A stretch of 28,460 nucleotides of DNA from Thiobacillaceae bacterium (GCA_046703865.1 JBJKSP010000051.1:1-28460), one strand, 5' to 3'; numbered from the stretch's first letter, positions 9,251 through 18,500 are shown. Notes: generated by a model from the letters alone, not told the origin. Numbers and translations are program-made.

Positions 9251-9532
9251 ATGCATACCCTTGAATTAGCTCTCTCACACATCACCCATGGCACTGCCTA
9301 TTCATGGGACTTGACCACGTTGGTCGGCCTCGGCGTACCGGTCTCGGTCGAGCTGCGCCGGAGAATGCTGGCGGGGACGACCACGCAAGAGGATGCCGAT
9401 CATCTGCGGATCCTATTGCCCGGGAAGGCGGGGCGACCACGCATGGACCCTGATGGGGTGTTCAGCGGTGACTGGGACTCGCCTCCCTTAGATTATCCCT
9501 ATCTGGAATCCGAGATCGGAGTGAATACTTGA
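9251..9532 (+). CDS. Hypothetical 93-aa protein
   Basis: GAGGAG SD 6 nt before the ATG; the stop overlaps the TTG of the next ORF (TTGA). No family recognised. Confidence 0.5.
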   Translation: MHTLELALSHITHGTAYSWDLTTLVGLGVPVSVELRRRMLAGTTTQEDADHLRILLPGKAGRPRMDPDGVFSGDWDSPPLDYPYLESEIGVNT

Positions 9533-10584
9533 AGCCAATGCCCTGGACACAGGGCGGCCCATTCTCCGGGGTCGCACCGGGTGTTCGGCTTCACCAGGCA
9601 ACCGCCATGTGCAAGCGCATCGATGTTCACAAGGAACCTGCAGTGGGCCACAGCGCCGCGACCTGCAGCTTCCTGTGTCAGCATATGCCCTATGGCGTGG
9701 CGTATGGCCGCATGCGGTTCAGGGCCGCCCGCCCGTCCGACTTCCACTTTCTGGACGTCAACCCGGCATTCGGGGTTCAGACCGGTTTGACGGGCGTGGT
9801 CGGCCGGTGCGCGAGTGAGGTTCTGCCAGGCCTGCGGGAGAGCAACCCCGAGCTGCTGGAAAGCTTCGGCCGCGTCAGCTCGGGTGGGCTGCCGGAACGC
9901 TTCGAGACCCGCCTCCCGGCCCTGGATCTGTGGCTTGCCATCTCGGTCTACAGCCCCGAGCCTGAACACGTCCTCGCGGTAATCGAGAACATCACCGAGC
10001 GCAAGCGCCGCGAGGACCGGCTTGAGCATGAGGCGCATCATGATTCCCTCACCCAGCTGCCCAATCGCACGCTGGCTCTTGCCCGCGCCGAGCATGCCCT
10101 GGCGCGGGCCAAACGCAGGGGTGGCATGGTCGCCGTCCTCTTTTTGGACCTGGACGGCTTCAAGTACGTCAACGACGCCTACGGCCACCCAGAGGGTGAC
10201 CGGTTGCTTAAGCAGGTGGCACAGCGCCTCAAGGGCCGTGTCCGTGCCGAAGACACCTTGGCGCGGATGGGAGGCGACGAGTTCGTGGTGGTGATGGAGA
10301 CCCTGGCTCGGGAGCAGGATGCGGCGATTCTGGCCAATGGGCTTAACGAGGCCCTGCGCACCCCGTTTGTCGTGCGCAAACGCGAGGGCTTCGTCACCGC
10401 CAGCATCGGCATCGCGCTGTATCCGCAAGACGGGAAGGATATCCGCGCCCTTTTCAGGCACGCCGATGACGCCCTTTACCGAACCAAGCGCGCAGGCGGC
10501 GACCACTTCCGCTTTTACCGGCAGAGGGACGCCGCCTTGCTCTTGGGCCCAACCGGCAACCAGACGAAACGGGTCACACAGTAG
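9529..10584 (+). CDS. PAS-GGDEF diguanylate cyclase (start uncertain)
   Basis: PAS-like DFHFLDVNPAF...ENITERK; HDSLTQLPNR, FLDLDGFKYVNDAYGH, RAED I-site and RMGGDEF. Confidence 0.88.
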   Translation: MKPMPWTQGGPFSGVAPGVRLHQATAMCKRIDVHKEPAVGHSAATCSFLCQHMPYGVAYGRMRFRAARPSDFHFLDVNPAFGVQTGLTGVVGRCASEVLPGLRESNPELLESFGRVSSGGLPERFETRLPALDLWLAISVYSPEPEHVLAVIENITERKRREDRLEHEAHHDSLTQLPNRTLALARAEHALARAKRRGGMVAVLFLDLDGFKYVNDAYGHPEGDRLLKQVAQRLKGRVRAEDTLARMGGDEFVVVMETLAREQDAAILANGLNEALRTPFVVRKREGFVTASIGIALYPQDGKDIRALFRHADDALYRTKRAGGDHFRFYRQRDAALLLGPTGNQTKRVTQ

Positions 10585-10710
10585 ACAGAGTTCTCAGCTC
10601 ACTCCTTCGGCAGCGATCTTTTAGAAATAGGACTCTAAGCGTCGAACGGCTCTTGTGGGCAAAGCACAACATTTCGAGGTGAAGGCGATATCTGAATCTA
10701 GACAGGGCCG

Positions 10711-11490
10711 TTATAACCCCTCGTATGCTCGCTTAACCTCTTCCGGACCATGAAGGCGCTCCAGCCTGCGGACAATAAAGTGTCCCTTCCCCATATCCTG
10801 GAAGTGGCCCATGAATAATGTGTTTATCATTGCGCCCCCCAAGGCGCCGACGATGGGCACGGCTTGGGCGGCCGCCTTTTCAGACACAACAATCGAGAAA
10901 CGGGAGGCAATTTGAGCAATCAGGCGAACAATGGCGGGCGCGCCCGTGTCCGATAAACCTGTCTTGGCCAAGTAGGTCGCGGCCTCGGAGACGGCTTTGG
11001 CCATGGCCGCTCGCGCGGCAAAATATCCCGTCTCCGCCGCATCGTCGTTTATTGAGCGACCGCCCAGCGCGAAAACTTGGACACACTGCAGTCTTGCGTC
11101 TGGCGTTCCCAGATTCTCACCTTCACTTCGAGCGATATCGGCAATTGACCTGAGCATGATCGTCGTCGACACAGGCAACTCAATCGCGAGAGCGGGCAGC
11201 CCGAAGGCACCTCCGGCCGCCCCGGTTGTTCCCACCATCAATTTATGCCACCGGTTTGACGGCGCTTCAGGCTGGCTACGATCCATCGTCCACAAGGCCA
11301 CATCGAGTGCTCTTTGAATGGATTTTGTCGCTGCCTCCTTCATCACACGATTCCAGTTCTTGGGCAGCATCGCGAACCCCTTCTCGATCGGTGAACCGAC
11401 AAAGTCGCTGATCTTCGCGGCAAGCCCAGGATTTTCAAGAATATTCTTGGCTATCTTAAGGTCTTCAATTTCTGAGGTAGACAGCGCCAT
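10711..11490 (-). CDS. EcsC family protein
   Basis: AAGGA SD before ATG 11490; GAAGGAFGLPALAIELPVSTTIMLRSIADIARSEG and AQAVPIVGALGGAMINTLF match EcsC-family proteins. Confidence 0.85.
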   Translation of the reverse strand: MALSTSEIEDLKIAKNILENPGLAAKISDFVGSPIEKGFAMLPKNWNRVMKEAATKSIQRALDVALWTMDRSQPEAPSNRWHKLMVGTTGAAGGAFGLPALAIELPVSTTIMLRSIADIARSEGENLGTPDARLQCVQVFALGGRSINDDAAETGYFAARAAMAKAVSEAATYLAKTGLSDTGAPAIVRLIAQIASRFSIVVSEKAAAQAVPIVGALGGAMINTLFMGHFQDMGKGHFIVRRLERLHGPEEVKRAYEGL

Positions 11491-11589
11491 TGAATGTTCC
11501 TTCAGGTTGATATGACTATCGGGCAGCACCGGGCTTCTTTGTCCTGAGACGGGCACTGATCCGGCTCGAAAAGGCCGAGGATAGCCGAC

Positions 11590-12806
11590 ATGCCAATACC
11601 CGGGTTACCAAGACTGTTGCTTGTCACCTTGGCCCTTGCGCTCTTCGCTACGGTGGGTTACGAAGCTCAGCGCCTGGCGGGACTGGGCAGCGCCTTCACG
11701 GCCAAATATATGTGTTCCGAGGTCTTTGTGGGAGGGAGCGATGCCGATACGGTGGCCCGAGTCGATCTACCCGCTTTCCACTCCTTCATCCTGAGTTTGG
11801 CGGACTGGCACCTCGACAAGGCAGGCGATACCGTGAGCGCCGACATCTTCGGCGCCGGCCGGCACAGGGCCGTCTATCGTCCCGGACTGGGATGCACCCT
11901 GGTCTTCGACCGCCCGCCCGTCCCCGTGCGGGTGCCGCAGCCCCACGCATCGGGGCGGCCGGATGACTTTCCCCCGCCCGCCCTGAGAAAGGTGAGTATC
12001 CTGATTGAATGGGGACGTCTCAGGCTCACGGCACCGGCACCGGCACCGGTCCCGGTCCCGGTCCCGGAATGGTCAAGCCCGACTGACCCTCGCCATGCCA
12101 TCACTCTGGACGAGTTGCTGCACATGTCGTCGGGCCTGGAATTCGACGAGAGTTACGACGATCCGCTCTCGGACGTAGTGCAGATGCTCTATGGAACGGG
12201 TGACAGCGCGGCCTACGCGGCTGCCGAACCCCTCGCCACACGCCGGAGAGGCACTTCAGCTATTCCACGGGCACCACTGCCGTCCTGTCCCGCCTCATCG
12301 CCCGATCGCCGGGCGAGACCTACCCGGTGTTCGCCCGGCGTGTCTTGTTCGCTCCCCTGGGGATGACCAGCGCCCTCATCGAGCCCGATGCCACCGGGAC
12401 GCCCATGGGCTCGTCTTACGCCTGGGCCACCGCGCGCGATTGGGCACGCTTCGGGCTGTCATACCTCAACGATGGCGTATGGCGTCATCAGCGCATCCTG
12501 CCTGCAGGGTGGGTACGCTACAGCCGCACACCGGCACCCTCCGATGGGAAGGAGGAATACGGCGCCCATTTCTGGGTCAAGGTGCCGTCCCCCGACCGTA
12601 CCGAACCGGGCAGGCCCTATCTGGTTTCCCCCGATGCCTTTCATGTCGCCGGCCATGGCGCCCGGTATGTCACGGTCATCCCCTCGCTTGATCTCGTAGT
12701 GGTTCGCCCGGGCCTCACGCTGGACCCCGAAGCCTGGGATCACGAGGCGTTCCTGCACGACGTGGTGGAGGCCTTGGGCAAGACGCCAGTTCCCGTTCGA
12801 CCGTAG
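11590..12806 (+). pseudogene. Serine hydrolase (beta-lactamase class C/NylB-like) with an internal deletion of SxxK and a 1-nt frameshift
   Basis: AKYMCSEVF, YRPGLGCTL and ITLDELLHMSSGL lie in frame 1. Restoring one C at about 12236 gives LAHTPERHFSYSTGTT...LFAPLGM...ATARDWARFG...YGAHFW. No SxxK motif is present in either part. Confidence 0.85.
12031..12066 (+). repeat. In-frame hexamer repeat (GCACCG)3(GTCCCG)3 encoding APAPAPVPVPVP
   Basis: Read directly from the sequence. Confidence 0.9.
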
Positions 12807-12819
12807 CGGAGGGAAAACC

Positions 12820-13155
12820 ATGAAAGCATCGGTCATCCTGATTCTTGGGCTCGTGTCAGCTTCATCGGCCTACTCAGACGTTCATCGGTGTGTGGTGAAG
12901 GGATCTGTGGTCCGCCGTAAGCACCACTCCAAGCCGTTGCCAACCGTTGAGAGTCATTTGAATCTCCTGGGGGGACCTAACGAAGCCGTTCATGAGAGCA
13001 CAGTGGCACAGTTGTTCGGTCATGAGCGGCATGTACGATGGCCGGCAGTTTCAGACGTTCTTGGATTCGGCCGGTCTGAAGTCTGTCGTGTATGGAGCAG
13101 GTCAACTCGAACGGTCGGCGACGCTGGACTTTACATCGACTTGCCCGTCTGGTAA
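12820..13155 (+). CDS. Hypothetical secreted protein, possibly a degraded DUF4124-like gene
   Basis: GGAGG SD, a signal-peptide-like MKASVILILGLVSASSAYS and DVHRCV. The rest is unrecognisable. Confidence 0.35.
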   Translation: MKASVILILGLVSASSAYSDVHRCVVKGSVVRRKHHSKPLPTVESHLNLLGGPNEAVHESTVAQLFGHERHVRWPAVSDVLGFGRSEVCRVWSRSTRTVGDAGLYIDLPVW

Positions 13156-13268
13156 GCCGCTGGCACAACACAGGACGGAAAAGGGCTGGCCTTTTCTCGT
13201 CAGATGCGGCTCGGCCTTTATGAAGCCGAAAGCTGAGAAATGTTGGAGACCAAGCGAGGACCCATGGG

Positions 13269-15962
13269 ATGAAGGTGGTGCATGTCAGTGCCAGTGACCG
13301 GCAAGGCGGAGCGGCGATTGCGGCCTATCGCTTGCACCAGGCGCTCCGTGCCCACGGCGTCGGTTCCCAGTTTCTGGTCCTGAGGAAGCAGTCTCAGGAT
13401 GAGACGGTCGAAGAGGTTAAGCCTGAGCCGCTTCATGAGCCCCGTTTGGTCCAGTCCGTCGCGGCGATTGAGAGCAGGTATGTTCATCGCAACCGTACGG
13501 AACTCAGCAATACTCATTTTTCGCTTTCCCTGCTGGGGTGCGACCTTTCCGCACACCCGGCGATTCAGTCCGCGGACGTGATCCACCTGCACTGGGTTTC
13601 GTCCTTTCAGACTCCCGCGACCCTGGGTCATCTCTTGGCAATCGGCAAGCCCGTGGTCTGGACATTGCACGACCTGGCGTCTTTCACGGGAGGGTGCCAT
13701 TTCCCGTCGAGCTGCCACCGTTACTGCTCCACTTGCTCGGCGTGTCCCCAGTTGCGGTCGGATAGCATGTGCGTTCCCGCGGCCGTGCTGCGTGATAAGC
13801 GGGAGCTTTGGTCGATGGAGAATCTGACTCTGGTCGCGCCTTCCCAATGGATGGCTGACCGGGTTCGCGGAAGTGCCCTCTTTCGAGCCGTATCGCGGGT
13901 GGCAGTGATTCCGCACGGGATCGACTCGCGCGTCTTTTCCCCTGTTCCTCGAAGGGAAGCGCGGGCGGCGCTCGGCATCCCCCTGGACGGCACGGTTCTG
14001 CTTGCCGGTGCCGACCACGGAGAAGAAAAACGCAAGGGTTTCCCCCTACTCGAACGCGTCTTCAGCGACTGTATTCAGGATCCGCGGTTCAAGTCGGCCG
14101 ATGGAAAGGTGCTCTGGGTGGGAGCCATGCCAGACCATTGGGCGGAACGAGATTGGCCAATGGCCCACTTAGGCAGAGTGGAAGAAGAACGCCGGATGGC
14201 GCTGGTCTACTCGGCTGCGGATATTTTTGTGTTGCCTTCGCTGGAAGACAATCTCCCCAACATGTTGCTCGAATCGCTTGGCTGTGCGATCCCTGTGGTT
14301 GCCTTTGGGGTGGGGGGGATACCGGAAGTGCTTCGGGACGGATGGAATGGCCACGTCGTTTCGGTCGGAGACGAGGGGCGATTGCAGCAGGCCATTCTCT
14401 CGCTGGCGTCTGGCCCGCTCGCGCGCAGAACCCTTGGCCAGAATGGCCGGGACATCGTCGCGACGGAGCATTCCTACTCGACGTTCGCCGCGCGCCACTC
14501 CGAGCTTTACCATGATTTGCTCGCCGACACCGAACGCAAAACGATTCGCCCGAAGCATTCCGTTCCCGTCACAGACGCCCAAACCGGGGCTGCGGCAATG
14601 GCCATGGACCCCGGCCCCGCTATCAGCGCGCTCTTTACGAGTCTGGCAAACCGATGCATGAACGAGAATGCCGATCGCCTGCAATTCGAGTTGCAGGCGT
14701 CCCAGGCGGAGTCCGAAGCGCGACAGAGAGTGATCGAGCAGCTACAGGCGCACTGCGGTCGGCTCGATGCCGAATGCGGCGCCAGGCTGGATCTGATTCA
14801 CCGCTTGGAAGCGGAATGCGTGGCTCGGTTGGACATCATCCACCGTTTAGAGGCAAGGTCTGCCCGGCGATTGGACGCAGACGAGGAACCTGGCTCATCG
14901 CCCTCGCAAAGGAATCGCCTAGCACGGGGCTTGGGGTGGATCCGATCAGTATTTCGAGTGAACAATTGGTGGTTTTCCAAACTGCCGCCGCTGCTGGCCA
15001 CGGCCTGCGTGCAGATTCTCCTATTGGGGATCACGGTTAGCCAGGGGGCCCTGTTGCTGGGCTGCGTCTTCTTCTCGATTGTCTGCGTCGCCTCGTATGG
15101 CCATGTCGTGAATGATCTCTTCGATGTGGATACAGACGCCCGTGCCGGAAAGCCCAATGCCGTGGCCCGGTTGGGCCGGCGACGGGCAGCAGCGATCTGC
15201 GTTGCCCTGGTTGGCGCCGGTTTTCTGCCCACTGCGGCCGTCGATTACTCGCCGTGGGGATTCCTGCTACTGTCGCTCAACTATTTGTGGCCGACGATCT
15301 ATTCTCTGCCCGGCATCCGCTTGAAGGAACGTGGCATCTGGGGAGTTCTCTGCGATGCGGCAGGCTCGCACGTCACGCCGACACTGTTCGTGCTGACGGT
15401 CTTTGCCCGCGCCGTGCCGTCCTTGGGCACCATCGCCATCGCCATCGCCCTAGTCGGGTGGTCCTGCGTTCTGGGGATCAAGGGGATCCTGAATCATCAG
15501 GCGGCTGACCGCGAGTGTGACGCTGCGTCGGGAACAACCACTCTTGTCGGAACCCTGTCGCCGGCAAGGCTGGAGCGATTCATGCCGCGGTACAATGTCG
15601 GCCTAGAATTCCCTTACAGCCTGGCGGTGGTTCTCGCCGTGCTGGAATGTTGTCCCCTAGCCGCCGTCGGCCTGCTGTTTTACGGCACGGTAGAATTAAT
15701 CAAGTATCGACTCGGTTTCCAGTTCGCCCTGAACGACGATCCGCGCAATACCAGAGCCAGCGTTCCGTTCGCAAATGACTTCTTCTACGAGATCTGGTTT
15801 CCTCTGGCAGTGACGACACAGTTGGTGCTTGCCAATCGAAACTGGGCCTGGTTCCCAATCTTGTGCGTCCTGCTCTTCTTTCGCAACTTTCGCGTCCAGG
15901 CAGGCGATCTCCTGGCCGTGGTCATGGCGTTGCGTTGCCGCCTGGCCCATCAATATCGGTAG
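13269..15962 (+). CDS. Fusion protein: GT4 (WcaC-like) glycosyltransferase + coiled coil + UbiA-family prenyltransferase
   Basis: GT4 motifs GGAAIAAYRLH, DVIHLHW, KPVVWTLHD..FTGGCH and DNLPNMLLE (D-x7-E). A 14-aa repeat coiled coil follows. The multi-TM C-terminus has NDLFDVDTD (15111-15137) and NHQAADRECD (15492-15521). One uninterrupted 897-aa frame. Confidence 0.88.
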   Translation: MKVVHVSASDRQGGAAIAAYRLHQALRAHGVGSQFLVLRKQSQDETVEEVKPEPLHEPRLVQSVAAIESRYVHRNRTELSNTHFSLSLLGCDLSAHPAIQSADVIHLHWVSSFQTPATLGHLLAIGKPVVWTLHDLASFTGGCHFPSSCHRYCSTCSACPQLRSDSMCVPAAVLRDKRELWSMENLTLVAPSQWMADRVRGSALFRAVSRVAVIPHGIDSRVFSPVPRREARAALGIPLDGTVLLAGADHGEEKRKGFPLLERVFSDCIQDPRFKSADGKVLWVGAMPDHWAERDWPMAHLGRVEEERRMALVYSAADIFVLPSLEDNLPNMLLESLGCAIPVVAFGVGGIPEVLRDGWNGHVVSVGDEGRLQQAILSLASGPLARRTLGQNGRDIVATEHSYSTFAARHSELYHDLLADTERKTIRPKHSVPVTDAQTGAAAMAMDPGPAISALFTSLANRCMNENADRLQFELQASQAESEARQRVIEQLQAHCGRLDAECGARLDLIHRLEAECVARLDIIHRLEARSARRLDADEEPGSSPSQRNRLARGLGWIRSVFRVNNWWFSKLPPLLATACVQILLLGITVSQGALLLGCVFFSIVCVASYGHVVNDLFDVDTDARAGKPNAVARLGRRRAAAICVALVGAGFLPTAAVDYSPWGFLLLSLNYLWPTIYSLPGIRLKERGIWGVLCDAAGSHVTPTLFVLTVFARAVPSLGTIAIAIALVGWSCVLGIKGILNHQAADRECDAASGTTTLVGTLSPARLERFMPRYNVGLEFPYSLAVVLAVLECCPLAAVGLLFYGTVELIKYRLGFQFALNDDPRNTRASVPFANDFFYEIWFPLAVTTQLVLANRNWAWFPILCVLLFFRNFRVQAGDLLAVVMALRCRLAHQYR
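14763..14876 (+). repeat. Diverged 42-nt (14-aa) tandem repeat, about 2.7 copies
   Basis: LDAECGARLDLIHR / LEAECVARLDIIHR / LEARSARRLD. Confidence 0.8.
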
Positions 15963-15994
15963 TTTAAACTCCATCGGAGAAGTAGGAGAACCGC

Positions 15995-16720
15995 ATGAAA
16001 CAGGACGCTCTCTGGCGTCTCTATGATGACGCCTATGCAGAGGAATACGAGGCGAAGTTCCTGCTCTCTCCTGCGACGCGGTTGCACAGCGATTTCGAAC
16101 TGGAATGGTTGCGTCGTTTCTTACACCCGACGGCGAGGTGGCTGGACGTGGCTTGCGGCACGGGTTATTTCTTGCGGCATTTTCCGGGTATCGAGCGAGC
16201 CGGTCTGGATCTTTCACCCGCCATGTTGCGATTGGCACGCCGGGGCAATCAAGATATTCCTCTGATTGAGCACGATTTTCGTGAGCCGCTGCCGGAATGG
16301 GATAACCAGTGGGACCTCGTCTCGTGCATGTGGTACGCCTACAGCCTGGTCGAGTCGATCGCCGAGTTGCAGCAGGTGATTCGCAACCTTTGGTCGTGGA
16401 CTTCGCCGTCGGGAAGCTGTTTTGTACCGCTGACCGATCCCTCGCTGCTGGCGGGAGTCACGATTCCCTACCGACCGGCAACCCCGTGGGACGGAAAGGT
16501 CGTGATCACCGGCATCCTTTGGAGCTATGTGGAGAACGATGGCAGGAAGGTGCACGCGCACTTGGTTGCGCCCAATGTCGAGTGGATGGTGGAGCAGTTC
16601 GAGAGATGTTTCGAACAAGTGGAACTCGTTCACTATCCCCCAGAGTTCCCCGGCTGGGTGGGCCGACCGGCGATCATGGCGTCAAGAAAGAGGCCCGCAA
16701 TCGTGGACGACGCGTTCTGA
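15995..16720 (+). CDS. Class I SAM-dependent methyltransferase
   Basis: Motif I WLDVACGTG, GLDLSPAML and WDLVSCMW; AGGAG SD; 32 nt after the fusion gene. Confidence 0.9.
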   Translation: MKQDALWRLYDDAYAEEYEAKFLLSPATRLHSDFELEWLRRFLHPTARWLDVACGTGYFLRHFPGIERAGLDLSPAMLRLARRGNQDIPLIEHDFREPLPEWDNQWDLVSCMWYAYSLVESIAELQQVIRNLWSWTSPSGSCFVPLTDPSLLAGVTIPYRPATPWDGKVVITGILWSYVENDGRKVHAHLVAPNVEWMVEQFERCFEQVELVHYPPEFPGWVGRPAIMASRKRPAIVDDAF

Positions 16721-16750
16721 ACGGAAGAACCGGCTCATGCGAACCGGTTG

Positions 16751-17995
16751 CTACGCCGCTCGCAGCTCCATTCGTCGGAAGGCGACGCCCAGGGGCCGAT
16801 GATCCGTACTCTGGAGATGAAGTTCACTGGGACGGAAGCGTTTCGGCGTGTGAAAGCTTACCCGAAGACGATCCCGCCACCGAGTCAGCACGGCTGCCGG
16901 CACCCGTCCTTCCCAAACGATGCGCCCTTCTTCCTGTCGAAAGCTGCCAGCTACTGGCTGGTCATTCACGATCACTTGGAAGCCTGTCAGCACGTCGGCA
17001 TGAATCACGTGCGCAACCGCGCACGTCAGAATATGGTCGCCCTGCTGGGCTGGCGCCTGGAAGTCCAGCCAGCTTCTTTCGCTCGGGCCCGCCCAGCAAA
17101 AGCAACCCTGTGCATCGAATTCCCGTTCATGCCAACCGGCGCCATGCAGAGGCTGGTCGAAGCGAAAATCCTGGAGCGATGGCAAGCGACTCGGCACGGA
17201 CGGGCATCCAGGACGTCGTTCGGCGATGAGTCTCCGCCCGTGCTCGTAAAGTCGCAGGTCAAGCTGATTCCACTCGATCAGGATGGACTGCGAGTCGGAA
17301 TCGAGCGAATCAAACGATGGACGATTGCTCGTCCGATTATCGTGTCTCGCAGCGCCGAATTCGCTCCATCCCATGCGTTTCGCCAACCATTCCATTGAGG
17401 CGTCCATTTCTTCAACCAGGCCGATCACGTCGCATCGATCGAGGTTACGGAGCGCATCGTTGAGTTGCGTTTCTCCCAGCTCCGGCAATTCGTGCCACTC
17501 AAATTCCTGGTTCAGCAGAAAACGAGTTTGCATGTTGCTCAACGCGGCGCGAGCCAAGTCTGGCTCACGGTGCAAAAACTCGACCATTGACAGTTCCTTG
17601 CTGCGGCGACACAAAAGGTACAGCCAGTCCGCCGTCGGGCTGGGTAACGTGCCGGCCACCGCGGTAAGCCGGTGAAACTCCGCACGGACATAGGCCCAAG
17701 CCGACATCGCCCACTCCAGCGGATTGCGAAGAAACGTCAGGACCACGCAAGGCTCGCGCAACCTGTCGACATAAGCAAACGTCACGTGCCCACGAATGAA
17801 ATCGTAGTCGTTGAGGTCGACAACTTGTTTCTCGTGGATGTCAGCGTCCAAGAAGCAGCGGTGATGGTCGAAACGCTGCCTAAGCATATTGGTAACAGAG
17901 GTGCCAGCCGTCTTGGGAATGTGCAAGAACAACAGCGCCGGTGACCGGCGATCCTCGCCAGCCCAGTCTGGCCCATCGAATGAGTTCTGCTTCAT
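16751..17995 (-). CDS. Sulfotransferase family 2 protein with an extra C-terminal beta-rich domain
   Basis: 5'-PSB motif FLHIPKTAGTSV, GHV, 3'-PB-like TFLRNP..WAMSAW, and LNQLDLRLY-like WNQLDLRLY. Confidence 0.88.
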   Translation of the reverse strand: MKQNSFDGPDWAGEDRRSPALLFLHIPKTAGTSVTNMLRQRFDHHRCFLDADIHEKQVVDLNDYDFIRGHVTFAYVDRLREPCVVLTFLRNPLEWAMSAWAYVRAEFHRLTAVAGTLPSPTADWLYLLCRRSKELSMVEFLHREPDLARAALSNMQTRFLLNQEFEWHELPELGETQLNDALRNLDRCDVIGLVEEMDASMEWLAKRMGWSEFGAARHDNRTSNRPSFDSLDSDSQSILIEWNQLDLRLYEHGRRLIAERRPGCPSVPSRLPSLQDFRFDQPLHGAGWHEREFDAQGCFCWAGPSERSWLDFQAPAQQGDHILTCAVAHVIHADVLTGFQVIVNDQPVAGSFRQEEGRIVWEGRVPAAVLTRWRDRLRVSFHTPKRFRPSELHLQSTDHRPLGVAFRRMELRAA

Positions 17996-18500
17996 GGCGT
18001 CAATGGTTCCTTTCTCGCCACCTGTAACAATGCGGCTTCCAGAGTAAGTATCCCCGGGTTGAAAGTCTCTACGATGAACAACCCCTCAAACGTCAAACTC
18101 CTACTGTCTCCCTTGGGAGGCTAGGAGGTCGTATTCGTTTGTGGCCGCATATCCAGAATGTAAGCACTTTGTAACTGGATTTCGGTAATTCGGATAGGTA
18201 CGGGTAAGCGCTTTCCGCGAAGGAAGGATAGAGGTGGCCCAGGAAAACTGGACAGAGTGATAAGTGCCGGGGAAACACCGAAAAAGTCGGCAGTTTGACC
18301 CGAGATGATGCGGCCGGATCGCGGAATAGAGCCTTCGAATCCGGAGGTACCCAATATTTCAGCACTATCACCCTCGAATCGAGGTTTGGAAGGGCGGCTG
18401 CGGCCTGTATTTGGCCCTTTCGGTCGATCACGGACGCACCTTGGGCGTCTCCGGCAACAATGCCTTGGGCCCCATGTGCCCATTGGCCAGGGCAAACAGC

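Noticed and set aside
18322-18351. tRNA-like fragment (ATAGAGC...TTCGAATCC)
   Set aside because: No cloverleaf, acceptor stem or correct arm spacing.
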